A stretch of 64,000 nt of DNA from Octopus vulgaris (GCA_951406725.2 OX597821.1:16182001-16246000); one strand, 5' to 3'; shown: positions 14,447-28,069, counted from the stretch's first letter. Numbers and translations: made by a program. Notes: a model not told the origin generated them from the letters alone.

Positions 14447-14494
14447 TTATCTACCACAGATGTTATCTACCACAGATGTTATCTACCACAGATG
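14447..14494. repeat. 16-bp tandem repeat x3 (TTATCTACCACAGATG)
   Basis: Direct reading. Confidence 0.9.
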
Positions 14495-14514
14495 ATGATG
14501 ATAATAATAATATG

Positions 14515-14705
14515 TCTTTCTACTATAGGCACTAGGCCTGAAATTACATCGTCTCCAGTATTTGCCTAGTACTTATTTCATTGGCCCCGAAAGGATGAAA
14601 TGCAAAATCGACCACAGTGGAATTTGAACTCCAAACGTAAGGACGAACGAAATGCCGCAAAATATTTTGCCCGGCGTGGTAACGATTCTACCACATCACT
14701 GCCCA
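14515..14705 (-). mobile_element. Diverged SINE family A copy
   Basis: CCCGAAAGGATGAAATGCAAAATCGACCACAGTGGAATTTGAACTC core. Confidence 0.75.
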
Positions 14706-14741
<36 letters not shown>

Positions 14742-14784
14742 TATAGGGTTTAGGTTGTTTTAAGATGAGTAATTTTTTTTTTAT

Positions 14785-14988
14785 CTAGTTTCAGCTCACA
14801 AGCTGTGGCCATGCTGGGGCACCGCCATTTGGTGTTGCTACATGATTTTACTTCACGAGTGCTTTTTAGCAATTGCCATTTGGTGAATGAGAGAGTTCGA
14901 TGCAGCTGCCCTCATCTGCACCTCCTGCCGTGAAGTTGGTTCATCTGGGATACCTGACAAGAAGAGATCCAGTTTCATTTTAAAGACA
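14785..14988 (-). mobile_element. CR1/L2-like LINE 3' end
   Basis: Encodes VFKMKLDLFLSGIPDEPTSRQEVQMRAAASNSLIHQ; homologous to 44920-45115. Confidence 0.85.
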
Positions 14989-14999
14989 TATCAATATCA

Positions 15000-16030
15000 T
15001 TAGCTGAAATTATAGCCCTAAGTGCAAGACGGATTTTAACAATTACTGTCAGGTTTTGGTCAGAATTGCGAACTTTTGGGAGAGTCGCGTTCATTCGTAC
15101 TGGTTTCTTTAATTTTCAGCCATTCGATAATGATTTCACTATTTAGATCATGAAGTTCTGTTGGGTGAACTTTTGTGTGACTTTCTTCATTTATTTAATT
15201 TTCATATGCCTTAGTATTTATGGTTGGTTCATTGTGTATTTCACTTTGCTTATCAGTTACATTAACTCTTTCAATCATTATTGCATTTTATTCAGACCTA
15301 GGATAGTCTATAATTATTCGTTCTGTGGCATCTTCTTTAGCTGCAACTTCGTTTCTTTTATCCCTTATTGATTGCTTACTTTGGTCAATCTCTAACTAAG
15401 TTAGTAATTACTTTTTCCTAATGTTTCTTCTGACGTTGGCAAGTGTGTTACTGTCTATGCAGGTTCTTACTTCAAGGTGTTTCTGCCTCCAGTTTAAGTA
15501 GGTTTGTAGAGTATTAGAGTTATTTGTATGAAAATACATGGCATGATGAGGAATAGATTAGGTTATTTAAGGTTGTTAGATCATTTCTCTTATTTCTTAA
15601 GATCTGTCTAACAGCAACATTATATATCATGATTATGCTTTTATTCTTTATGCTCTGTCAGTGCTTCGGTAGACCTTTTCTATTGATCATTTCAGTGAAG
15701 TCAGTCTTGCAGAGTTTTATTCTATTTTCTTTCGCTTCTATGATATTCCCTTTATTATTCACCTCAAATTCTGTCGTATCTATTCTAGTGTTCTTGAAGA
15801 AAGTCTACTTTCTTCTCTTTTCACACATCTGTTCTGATGATGAACAAAAAATCCCATGTTTCCAGGGGTGAATTATTCAAACCCCAAAGAATTCCTCTCA
15901 ACAAATGTCTATGATACTCTACCAATACTCCTGATCGTGATCAGAGATGCACATATTGTCAGTCACTAAAGGACATGCTCAACAGGTTAAGGTGAAGAAA
16001 CTGACAAGCAAATCAATGGTATTGAGCAGA
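15000..16030 (-). mobile_element. Highly decayed R4/Dong-like LINE N-terminal region plus adjoining non-coding repeat
   Basis: Fragments NDLTTLNNLIYSS, NWRQKHLEVR and ETKLQLK resemble R4/Dong ORF N-terminal motifs; many stops. Confidence 0.45.
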
Positions 16031-16099
16031 ATTATTATCATCATTATTATCATTATTAATATTATTATTATTATAATTATTATTCATATACACTGTTGG

Positions 16100-16335
16100 A
16101 AATGAAAAGAGTCCTAACATCAGGCCACAACAAGCAGCCTTAGATGCCAAGAACCCTCCTAAGTATCCTAGCTGTCCCTAATAACACTGTTTTATGCAGC
16201 TGTGCTAAACTGGGTTTTATGCCTATTTCCTCTATCCATCTGTTCAGATCTTTAGGGATAGTTCCTAATGCACGTATAACTACTTGTATACATTTTACCC
16301 GCACTTTCCATAGACTCTGTAATTCAATAAGTGTT
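16100..16335 (-). mobile_element. R4/Dong-like (restriction-like endonuclease) LINE C-terminus
   Basis: LIELQSLWKVRVKCIQVVIRALGTIPKDL...LHKTVLLGTARILRRVL* followed by a (TAA)n tail. Confidence 0.8.
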
Positions 16336-16606
16336 TCCTTGTGCTTTGTTATCATCATCATCATCATCACCATTATCACATCACCATCATCATCATCATT
16401 ATCACGATCATGATCATCATCCCTTTTCCTGAAATCCACTAATTTTCAAGACGAAGAATTAGCCGAGAAAAGCGATCTTATTACGTTAGTGAATCGGCCC
16501 CAGATGGATGAAGGACAGATATGACTCTGGCGCGAATTCAACACAATATACACATCGGAAGAAACAACACAAAGCATATTTCTAAGCAATAATAATTATA
16601 TTATTA

Positions 16607-17006
16607 GGCGCAAGAGTGGCTGCGTGGTAAGTAGCTTGCTAAACAACCACATGGTTCCGGGTTCAGTCCCACTGCGTGGCACCTTGGGCAAGTGTCTTCT
16701 GCTATAGCTCCGGGCCGACCAATGCCTTGTGAGTGGATTTGGTAGACAGAAACTGAAAGAAGCCTGTCGTATATATGTATATATATATATATGTGTGTGT
16801 ATATGTTTATGTATCAGTGTTTGTCCCCCTAGCATTGCTTGACAACCGATGGTGGTGTGTTTACGTCCCCGTCACTTAGCGGTTCGGCAAAAAGAGACCG
16901 ATAGAATAAGTACTGGGCTTACAAAGAATAAGTCCCGGGGTCGATTTGCTCGACTAAAGGCGGTGCTCCAGCATGGCCGCAGTCAAATTACTAAAACAAG
17001 TAAAAG
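16607..17006 (+). mobile_element. SINE family B (tRNA head, CORE-like ACCTTGGGCAAGT, internal TA/TG microsatellite)
   Basis: Full copy; about 10 homologs in the window. Confidence 0.9.
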
Positions 17007-17879
17007 AAAATGAAAGAAAATAAATACAAATTTGTACATTTATCTTCAATTTTATATGCATGGCGTTTGGCTTTGCATGACGTTTTATAAGCTGTCGTCT
17101 GGAGTGTGTGAAACAATTTGCTAAACGAACGACCCATAGGCATACCACTATAAATGCGTACATGATATTATCGTAATTAGTTCAAATTATTGATGAATAT
17201 TTTGCAAGAAAAAGAAAAAGAACAACATAATTGGTAAAATATCTCCGATTTCGCATTCTACAATAGTACAGTCAAAACATAAAAGCATCAAGAAAATAAT
17301 CTATAAACCTACGCATACATAAAATTAATACAGCGCAGCAGAAGCAAATATAGACATTTAACGTTTGTTTTCGTCCACTGTTGTTAAAGCACAAATCTTT
17401 TGCTTTCATTTCATCAAAATGCCTCTTTCTGCTTAATCAAATTCAGAAGCATGGACAATTTAGACATAAATCAATTCAAAGCAGCAGAAGGGAAATTAAG
17501 ATAACCTGTAGCATTCATCATTTGAAGGGTACTGTAGAATGTTTGCCGTATTAATTAATTACATTAATGCATAATGGGTTTGTATACCAGCCTCGCATAC
17601 ATATATTTTGGTTCCGGTCCACATATAGAGAATGTAACAATTCAACCTCAGGAATGGTAAAGATTTATATATTTTTGTGCAACTCTCTTTCTTTCCCTCT
17701 CGCCATCTCTTTCTCTCTGTTCTCTCTCTTCTCTCCTCTCTCTATCCTCTTTCTCATATATATATTTATATATGTTTGTGTATGTGTACAGGCACGTATG
17801 TATGCGTTGTATGTCTGTGAAAGAGAGAGAGAGAGACAGAGACAGACAGAAGCGAACACACACTCATTTACTCATTTAT

Positions 17880-18537
17880 TCATTTACTTGTTTCAGTCTT
17901 TTGACTTCGGCCATGCTAGAGCACCGCCTTTAGTCGAGAAAATCGACCCCTGGACTTATTCTTTGTAAACCTAGTATTTATTCTACCTGTCCCTTATTCT
18001 ATCTGCCGAACTGCTAAGTTACGGGGACGTAAACACCACCAACATCGGTTGTCAAGCGACGTTGGGGGGGGACACGCAGACAATACACAAACACAGACAC
18101 ACACACATATATATATATACATATATACAACGGGCTTCTTTCTGTTTCCGTCTACCAAATCCACCCACAAGGCTTTAGTCGGCCCGAGGCTATAGTAGAA
18201 AACACTTGACCAAGGTGCCACGCAGTAGGACTGAACCCAGAACCATGTGGTTTGTAGTTAGTTAGTTAGTTAGTTAATTTGGCTCAAAAGCAAATAGCAA
18301 GGCCATGTAGGGGGACATGGAGTTAAGTACAGGGTGGTGTTCATGTAAAGAGTTCAGGCCACTTGAGGTCCAGGGAGGCTTTGAACAAAGCGGTCGTCGG
18401 CATCTTCACCATCTCGTCTGGCAGCTTGTTCCACGGATCCGCAACCCGGACGGAGAAAGCTCCTCTCCTTCGATTGAGATGAAATCGTCGCAGGTAGAGC
18501 TTTGTAAGCTAGCTATTTACCACACAGTCACTCCTGC
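17880..18537 (-). mobile_element. SINE family B copy interrupted by a CR1 fragment
   Basis: SINE sequence stops at 18256 and resumes at about 18507. Confidence 0.85.
18257..18502 (-). mobile_element. CR1-clade LINE 3' fragment with (TAAC)n tail and TTTGTA TSD
   Basis: 18341-18502 encodes KLYLRRFHLNRRRGAFSVRVADPWNKLPDEMVKMPTTALFKASLDLKWPELFT*; TTTGTA at 18251-18256 and 18501-18506. Confidence 0.85.
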
Positions 18538-19467
18538 AAACATTCACATACACACACGCACGCGCACGCACGCACGCACACACACACACACACACTAACA
18601 TACACGCAGAGGGAAAGATAGATACAGACGGTGATAGGCATTACAGAAACTTTTCTTTCAAAATATGTGTATATATCAATATTAGTATGTGTATCTAGAT
18701 ATGCGCGTATCGGTATGTGTATCTATAAATGTGTGTGTGTGTTCGCGTATGTGTGTGTGTGTTTATTCAGGAATTAAATATATGTAAATTATATTTACAT
18801 GGCATTTTTCAGATAAAATATATGAATGTATGCATGAATAATTTTATGTGTTTGTATCAATGTGCAGTCGAGTTATTTGTGTGTAATTACATGAATAAAT
18901 GAAAGAGTAATCTGTTACGAGGACTTGAAAATTTCATTATTCGCATCATTTTTAACAAACATCTATTACATGAAAATGACACCATAAGGAAACGCTTCTG
19001 AGACCTTCCGGTATATGTTTTACACCATCCCAAATCATATATAATATTCAGGCTAAGTCACTCTCACTCCTTCTCACTCACTCTCTCTCTCTCTTTCACA
19101 ATCTATCTATTTCTATCCCTTTCCCTCTCTCTCCCATACATACAAACACATTTTCCCTAAAATCACACAACCATACGGATATATTCGTGTGTGTGTTTGT
19201 GTCTGTCTGTGTGTGTGTTTATGAATATTACATAAATACATAAATACATATATACATACATCATACATGCACATGTGTATGTACACAGCTGTCGCACATG
19301 CTGCAACGATGACCACCTCAGACAGTAGTTGTCATGGTGACTCAGGCCTTTATTCCACCATGGAAATGTTTATTATATACGTTGTCTCATCCGTCTACCA
19401 TGCAATTGAACACATGATAGGGATGCTAAAAATTAAACAACACCTTTGTCTCACGCTTTTTAAATTC

Positions 19468-19830
19468 AGCTTGCTTACCAACCACATGGTTTCGGGTTCA
19501 GTCCCACTACGTGGCACCTTGGGCAAGTGTCTTCTTGTGAGTGGATTTGGTAGACGGAAACTGAAAGAAGCCCGTCGTATATTTGTATATATATTATGTG
19601 CGTGTGTGTTTGTGTTTGTGTGTCTGTGTTTGTCCCCCCAACATCACTTGACAACCGATGCTGGTGTGTTTATGTCCCCGTCACTTAGCGGTTCGGCAAA
19701 AGACACCGATAGAATAAGTACTCGGCTTACAAAGAATAAGTGCCGGGGTCGATTTGCTCGATTAAAGGTGGTGCTCCAGCATGGCCGCAGTCAACTGACT
19801 GAAACAAGTAAAAGAGTAAAGAGTAAAAGA
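19468..19830 (+). mobile_element. SINE family B, internally deleted
   Basis: Homology to 16607-17006; it explains the spurious 247-aa ORF. Confidence 0.85.
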
Positions 19831-20415
19831 GTATTAGTAGAGACAACTTCAGTCTCTCAGCAGTGTGTTTACCTCAGACAAAAGAGGAATCTGTCTACAT
19901 CAATGGATAAAAACTCTTGGATGGTCTTTTTATCTACTTTCTCTTTCCCCTTGCCAAAATTTGAAACCACTGTTACTATTGTTGACGTTGACGTTATTAT
20001 TCTCATTTGAATCATTATCCAAACTCTTGAACTATAACCAGTTTATAGCAAATCAATTTGTGTCACGCTCTAATGATTCAGCCGAGCCAATACTCTACTC
20101 CGATGAAGTATTGACCTTGTTCACATTGTAGACATCTGAAATGTTGTGCTGTTGATGCTTAGTCCCATTTCAGTTCTCATTAATTCAAGAAGATTTAATA
20201 GAATAGCGCATTAAATATCTTACGGTACATAGTTATGTCCCTCACTCCATGTTCAAAGCCTGGACATGTCGATTTTACTTTTCGTTTTTCTAGAGAAAGA
20301 TAAGTACTAGAGCAACGACATAGTCGACATATTCAAATATATCTTTCCTCAAAATGTATTGCAGCGTGCCAATATTAGAGACTATGGTTTTTACTATGTA
20401 TCTATCCACACACTT

Positions 20416-20802
20416 GTGGAGGCGCAATGGCCCAGTGGTTAGGGCAGCGGACTCGCGGTCATAGGATCGCGGTTTCGATTCCCAGACCGGGCGTTGTGAG
20501 TGTTTATTGAGCGAAAACACCTGAAGCTCCACGAGGCTCCGGCAGGGGATGGTGGTGATCCCTGCTGTACTTTTTCACCACAACTTTCTCTCGCTCTTAC
20601 TTCCTGTTTCTGTTGTACCTGTATTTGAAAGGGCCGGCCTTGTCACTCTCTGTGTCACGCTGAATATCCCCGAGAACTACGTTAAGGGTACACGTGTCTG
20701 TGGAGTGCTCAGCCACTTACACGTTAATTTCACGAGCAGGCTGTTCCGTTGATTCGGATCAACCGGAACCTTCGTCGTCGTAACCGACGGAGTGCTTCCA
20801 TA
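20416..20802 (+). mobile_element. SINE family C, young copy with 12-bp TSD
   Basis: tRNA-like head TGGCCCAGTGG...GGTTTCGATTCCC; ATCCACACACTT at 20404-20415 and 20803-20814. Confidence 0.9.
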
Positions 20803-21239
20803 ATCCACACACTTATGTGGATAGAATTTATAATTTGACCTAACGATAACTAGAATTATCAATGCGCAGATTATCAGCCTCCTTTATTTTGGTGAACTAA
20901 CACGTGATTATATTGTTTCCAGTACTCGAGCGGTACCAATTTTATCTTCAGTGGGAAGATGACGAGAAAAGTCGACAATCAATAGAGTTTTGAACGCAAA
21001 GCTTACAGATCTAAATTAATTTATTTCAAATTATTTTGTTTCCGGCCCCCTCGTTTCTGTCAATCGACTGCTAAAAGCATCAATATACTATCACTATAAA
21101 ATAATGAATTTCTGTTCATTGTTGATATCAGAATCATTGGTGGGTTGTTGTCGTTGTTATCTTGTTGTTGCTGTCATTGTTGATATTATTGTTTTTATCA
21201 AGTAGACTCATGATGACTGTTCTTCCACTTAGGTGCTCG

Positions 21240-21460
21240 CCATAAAGCAGCGAACTGGCGAAGCCGTTAGCACGCCGGGCAAATGCTTAGCGGCATTTCG
21301 TCCGTACTTATGTTCTGAGTTCAAATTCTACTGAGGTGGATTTTGACTTTTACCCTTTCGATAAAATAAGTACCAGTTGAGCAGTGACCTCGAAGTACTC
21401 AACTTATGCTCCATCTCCACCCACTAAATTGCTAACCTTGTGCCAAAATGTGAAACCAAT
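21240..21460 (+). mobile_element. Diverged SINE family A copy
   Basis: Head GCGAACTGGCGAAGCCGTTAGCACGCCGGGC...GAGTTCAAATTC. Confidence 0.75.
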
Positions 21461-21516
21461 TCTTTAATTCAATGAAACATGTGTCTAGGAATATATCTTG
21501 AATATATTTCAAATAG

Positions 21517-21580
21517 CCTCTGACCGACCAACGCCTTGTGTGTGGATTTGGTAGACGGAAACGGAAAGAAGCATGTCGTA

Positions 21581-21644
<64 letters not shown>

Positions 21645-21857
21645 CGTGTATATATGTTTGTGTATCTGTTTTTCCCCTCTAGCATTGCTTGATAACCGAT
21701 GCTGGTGTGTTTACGTCCCCGTCACTTAGTGGTTCGGCAAAAGAGACCGATAGAATAAGTACTGGGCTTACAAAGAATAAGTATTGGGGTCGATTTGCTT
21801 GACCAAAGACGGTGCTCCAGTATGGCCGCAGTCAAATGACTGAAACAAGTAAAAGAG
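21517..21857 (+). mobile_element. SINE family B, 5'-truncated
   Basis: Homology to 16710-17006. Confidence 0.85.
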
Positions 21858-22555
21858 TATACAAAAAATGTTATTTGTGGCAGAGTTATCAATTATATCG
21901 TAAAGCGGCTTTCATCAGGCAGACGTATGACGGAAGTTGTCCTAGTCGTGACTATACCATCTTCAATTTAGCCAAACGTGTTTAGTAATATATTTCAATA
22001 AGTTTTAAATGCGATTTGAGTATATGTGATTGTTACATAGTAAAGGTCCAATGCCTAACGTATGGTTCATATGAGGGATAAAACTGGTCGTGATGGCCAA
22101 AGCATTAATATAGAGCCAAATATATTGCTGTCTCCCTCACATTGTTCTAATTCGGTTTCGATTCTGGAATGGATCGGATTTGATAATAAAAAACATATTT
22201 AAACCCGTCCATTGTGACACAGACAGGCAACTATTTCTCTAATAACCGTCTTTATATATATATATATGAAATTTTGATTGTAATGTAGACAACTTTAATA
22301 AAGTTGGTTAAGTTTCATTATTAAAAAAGAAAACAGAACATTGCTTAAATAATGAGAACGTTTATAGATCTTATTAAAAATTACTTCCCATAATCCTAAT
22401 AACTAAGTAAATACAGGGAAAATGAAACAATCTATGATAAAATCTTATCAATAGCCATTAACATCCGAACACGGATATAATTAGCAATAAATTCAGATTT
22501 AATACAAGCCTAAAATGGGTTTTTATGACAATGGAGAAAAAGTAACTTTCGATTT

Positions 22556-22691
22556 ATGATCATCATCATCATCATCATCACCATCATCAACATTTTACTC
22601 CTCAACCTTCACGTTGCCACCCACCTCCTCTGTCTCATCATTATCAGCCTTGTTGTACTCGTCGTCGTTGTCGTGAAAATCGTCACCATCA

Positions 22692-22722
<31 letters not shown>

Positions 22723-22872
22723 TTTCAGCCCTGTCATCCCCATCATCATCGTCGACACTAATATGATCGTCCTAATCCTCATCATGATAATCACCATCCT
22801 CCTCCCCCTCATCATCATCATCATTATCGTCGTCATCATCGTCTTCATTACTTTCCTCATTTTAGTCGTCGC
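22556..22872. repeat. Degenerate (CAT/CGT/CCT)n trinucleotide tract
   Basis: Direct reading. Confidence 0.85.
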
Positions 22873-23254
22873 CAATGTTATAGTCATTGTTGCTTTCTAC
22901 ATAGTTATAGTTCACTGAAGTGGTTTTGCTTTTTATTATCATCGACTTTCCAACATTTATCTGCGAGTTTTTAATGCAGTGCCAGAGGAAACTTCGTCTT
23001 CCAGATGTTCGTACAGCATCGCCTATTTTCGTATTCTGCATCTGCTTTACTTTGTTGTAATGTTTCTGTTGTCCTTTCGACTGTTACTTTATTAAATCAT
23101 TCGACAGAAGTAACATTTTAGAGATACTTCCGCTGTATGATATAATATTGGATGGTATTTAAGCACAAAAGTGCAATTCAAATTGTTGGCAGTGGGAAAG
23201 CTGTACTATATCATAGGATGCACATATTATATACAATGTATTATATCATAGGAT

Positions 23255-23554
23255 TGTGGAGGCACATGGCCTAGTGGTTAGAGCAGCGGAGTCGCGGTCG
23301 AGGGATCGCAGGTTCGAATCTCAGACCTGGCGGTGTGTGTTTATGAGCGAAACACCTAAACTCTACGCGGCTCCGGCAGAAGGTAATGGCGAACTTCTAC
23401 TGACTCTTTCGGCACAACTTTCTCTCACTCTTCCCTCCTGCATCTTGCAGCTCATACGCGACAGACCGGCGTCCTGTCTAGGCGGGGAACCTATACGCCA
23501 AGAAATCGTGAAACCGGCCCTTATGAGCCAGGCGTGGGTCGAGAAGGAACAAAC
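23255..23554 (+). mobile_element. SINE family C variant (different 3' tail) with 12-bp TSD
   Basis: Head homologous to 20416; ATATCATAGGAT at 23243-23254 and 23555-23566. Confidence 0.85.
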
Positions 23555-24470
23555 ATATCATAGGATGCAAGGAATATCCTGTGAGATTAGAGCTGCTTAA
23601 TTCAGTATATCTCTGAAACAAGGATGACTGGACGTGGATGGTGCGCTAAGTTCTAAACGCATGTATAAGCATGTTTGTGTAACTGCATGTATGTGTTTGC
23701 ATGTCTGTGTATGTCTGTGTGTGATATCTGTATGTGTTTCTATCTGTGTGTGTTTCCCTGTGTTTATGTATTTGTATATGATTATGCATCTTTGTGTGTC
23801 TATATGTGCGTACTTCATATTTATATTCATATTTTTTATCGATTTATTTAGTATTTTCACCATCATAACATCTTTGCTACATGTTTCAACTTCAATTTCC
23901 TTGAGACGTTTTGATTTCCACCATTTTCTTCCGACCCTTAATGATCACATCAAGAACAGTTCTTTTCTTGATATATTTCTCGCTAGGAGAAGGTAGTAAA
24001 TTTCTCAGTCTGGCTACTTCGATACCATGAATTACATTGGCACTGATTATAACCCATAAACCATTTTTATATGTGTCCCAGTTGCCCAGCTGACGACTTG
24101 TGATTGCCTCATTTATTCAATACCAAACGCTATACAATACGTTCTATTTCGATGCATATGTCTATTTATAAATTGCATCAAGCACAGACTTTGGTAAAAT
24201 AGTTGCGAAATGTTGAGCAAAATAGCCATGAACTTCTCTACACCCTCGCTCATTTCCACCCCACCCCCTCTCTCACTCTCTTTCACTTTCTCCTTATTTC
24301 TGTATTTATGTACTTATGTACGTGTATATGTATGTAATTATGTGTAAGCATATGTGCGTTTCTATAATGTTCATGTGTGTGTGTGTGTGTATGTGTGTGT
24401 GTGTATGTGTGTGTGTATGTGTGTGTGTGTATGTACATTCACATAGAAGTTACGTGCGCACACATGTACA

Positions 24471-24473
<3 letters not shown>

Positions 24474-24569
<96 letters not shown>

Positions 24570-24780
24570 GTATATATATATGTATATATATATATATGTA
24601 TTTATATATATATATATGTATTTATATATATATATGTATTTATATATATATATATGTATTTATATATATATATATATGTATTTATATATATATATATGTA
24701 TTTATATATATATATATGTATTTATATATCTATATGTATTTATATATCTATATATATTTATATATGTATATGTATTTATA

Positions 24781-24819
<39 letters not shown>

Positions 24820-24840
24820 TTATGTATATATATATGTATT

Positions 24841-24890
<50 letters not shown>

Positions 24891-24906
24891 TGTATATATA
24901 TATGTA

Positions 24907-24967
<61 letters not shown>

Positions 24968-24973
24968 ATATAT
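24474..24973. repeat. ~500-bp (TA)n tract with recurrent TGTATT interruptions
   Basis: Direct reading. Confidence 0.95.
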
Positions 24974-26749
24974 TCAGACATCGAAATCACTTTTGGAAAA
25001 TCACTGCTTGGAGACCGATGAAACACGTACCAGTAACTCAATGCACTGAGCTCTACCAAGTAACACACATCATTCTGCTAACACCAGTTCTGTATGTCAC
25101 TAAAATATAATAATATATATCGACGTTACAGAAAGCTATGAATAGAAATAAGTATAGAGATAGCTATGTCTTGAACTACGGAGCAATAAGTAATGACCTG
25201 TGTAGCATCATTCACAGCCATCTTATCAACTGTATCAGCTCTATCGCCAACCTCTGCTTAAAACACATAATAGAGGTAATATAATTGATATTTCCAGTAT
25301 ATATAGACTTTGAAAATGGCTTGTCTGTCTGTATGTGTAGCATTCGTCTTTATGTTTGTGCTCGCATACAGGCTTACTTATTTCTTCGTATGTGTTTACG
25401 AGTATGACTGTATGTATGTGTGTGTTTGCATCTCTCTAGTTTCATCAGTTCTGTATATGCATTTAATACTTATTCTGTGTATGTGCATATTTATAAAGAA
25501 ATATTTTCCTCTCTAAGCAATGTTATATGTCCAGATTATTTCTATATTTCTTTTACTTTTGGTCTTTTTTTTGTAATGTTGTTGTGTGCGTTTGTGCGTA
25601 TGTGTGCAAAAATTTATGCGTTTGTGTACGAATATCTCAGCGCCTAGAATTACTCATAGGAATCTATAAAGTGTGTCTATTTTTCGCTGTTTAAGTGTCC
25701 ATTCTCCTATTGTATGTTTGTTCATAGTATAAATAATTATTTCAATTTAAGTTTTTTTCCTCTAATTTTTGTCGTACGCCGTATCCGACTGTTTACTTGT
25801 ACATATACATACACGTTCGTGTATGCGTATATCCACGAATTTATGTTTGTGTAAGTGTGGCCATGAATATGTATGTATAAGTGTATGTGTTTGTAGGTAT
25901 AAGTATGTATGTGTGTGAGAGAAAGATAGAGAGATAGTGCGTGTGTGTGTGTGTTCGTGACAGTGTGTGTGTTTGTGTGTGTGTGTGTGAGTGTGTAGTT
26001 TACTGAAATATGATCAAAATGCTAAGAAGGTCCTAGTTTTGGTAATATCGAAGATACCAGTCGTTATTAGTATATCGTCCTAACCCTGACACCTTAGATG
26101 CAAATTACTTCAAAAGTCTAGTCTAGTATCCCAGATATTGGTGCTGCGAAAGTGTTGTAGAATGGAGTTTCATAATTTTCAAACAACTTTGACTCCGATA
26201 TCATCCAAAATATGCTGAAGTAATCTTTTGTCAGTGTAGCTTTACTCACACTACAAACATATACAATATTCTCGTAAGTTCATCCGCATTTATAACATTC
26301 AACACTAGTGAATGAGGAGATATACAGGATGTTATTATCAATATTCATTGTTTGGTTGATATTCTTCCCTCGTATGACTAATAAATAAGATCACTGACTT
26401 TGATCAAACTCCTTTTCCATATCCTGCAAGAATGACTTGACCAGTTCTGTTACACGGTGTCACAATATTACTTGAATAATCATAATGGTCCTATCATGTA
26501 TCCCTGGCTTCCAGGTTGCCACCGCCAAGATAAAAGCAAAGAAAATAAGCTTTCACTCGGAAATGTTCCTATAGATAACCCAATTCTCTTAGGAACTATA
26601 GTGGCACTAGTAGTAGCATTCAGTCCTTATTGATAGCCCTGTTCATCATGTAGTTGTAAATTCCTTCATCGCATCGATTGTAGCAGTTGGAAGCTAAATA
26701 AGGTGAAGGGACTCTTTAACTCATGAGTGAGAAACACAGCGGATAATAA

Positions 26750-26904
26750 GTGTTTTGCAGTGTTCTAGAAGGAATATATAATATATAATATGTGTTTTGC
26801 AGTGTTCTAGAAGGAATATATAATATATAATATGTGTTTTGCAGTGTTCTAGAAGGAATATATAATATATAATATGTGTTTTGCAATGTTCTAGAAGGAA
26901 TATA
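26750..26904. repeat. 42-bp minisatellite, ~3.7 copies
   Basis: GTGTTTTGCAGTGTTCTAGAAGGAATATATAATATATAATAT starts at 26750, 26792, 26834 and 26876. Confidence 0.9.
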
Positions 26905-27460
26905 TTTAAAGATCCTACAAACAACTATATGTAAGCATGCTATGGGTCTATATCCTTTGGCCATATGCACCTCTTGAGTTTTAGCTAGTTGTGTTCCAAG
27001 TGGAAACACCAGCCACAACTATCTGCTACAGTTATTAATTCAGTTGGGTGGGGCAGCGAGCTGGCAAAATCGTTAGTACACCGAGTGAAATGCTTAGCGG
27101 TATTTCACCTGTTTTTTCGATCTGAGTTAAAATTGCGCCGAGATGTTGTGCCTATAGTAGAAAGGATTATTAATTGAATTGGGTGAGAGAGGAGTGCTTT
27201 GTTAATTGTGGAATTTCTGTAACATTAGCCTACCATCAAGTTTCACTCGCATAATTTTCTGTTCGGTAGTTTGCTAGCAACATTTAAAATTTCCCTGGTG
27301 ATATAATATGCTTTGAGAGAAACGTTTGCACAGTATTACTCTCTTCGCATGCATGATGAATGTATGTAGGCATATTGGTAAGTTCATAGGCAGGTGGTTA
27401 CTTATGCAAGCAGGCAAATATGCCTTCTGTGTTTGTGTGTGTGTCTGTATCTGTAAAAAA

Positions 27461-27502
<42 letters not shown>

Positions 27503-28069
27503 ACACATGTATATATATATATATACATATATTTTTTCTTGTTAATCGTATAATGTATGTACGTATGTGTGTAACTGTTTGAGTCGAGTGTGCATATACA
27601 TGTACTGTGCATTCTCTCAGAACATTACGTCATATGTAAGCAAATGTAATTCAAAGAAGTCAGATCGGACAGCCTCGAGGGCAGTTGTATAAGCACATGT
27701 ATTACTCGCTAGGATGGAAAATTTTATTGATCAAGAGAGAAAATATTATTTGTATCAAGCACTTTATAAACGAAAATTCGTTATCTGCACTCGAGAAAAC
27801 CTACAGAAAAGGACCATAACTGGTATTTGTTAATAAAATATTGGTTAAAAATTTATAAAAGTGTCAATCTGTTCAATGAAATAATACAATATATTTGGTC
27901 AGGATATTCAGCACTTTGCAGCCCATTCAGTAGTGAGCGCTATGAATGAGTGGAATGAGTAATGCTCAAATAACGCCGTCATCGTTTCGGGAGCGATAAA
28001 TAAAGCATCCTCCTGTATTGGGGCCGTTCTTCTCAAGCTCACATGTTTCTCTGTCTGTCTCTCTATCTC

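Noticed and set aside
24316-25110. Long ORFs rich in YI/VC/HT/I (also at 11.2-12.3, 30.0-30.5, 33.0-33.5 and 55.1-56.1 kb)
   Set aside because: These are translations of stop-free microsatellites, with no protein-like content.
26750-26904. Regularly spaced repeats resembling a CRISPR array
   Set aside because: The spacers are identical (pure tandem repeat), the context is eukaryotic and there are no cas genes.
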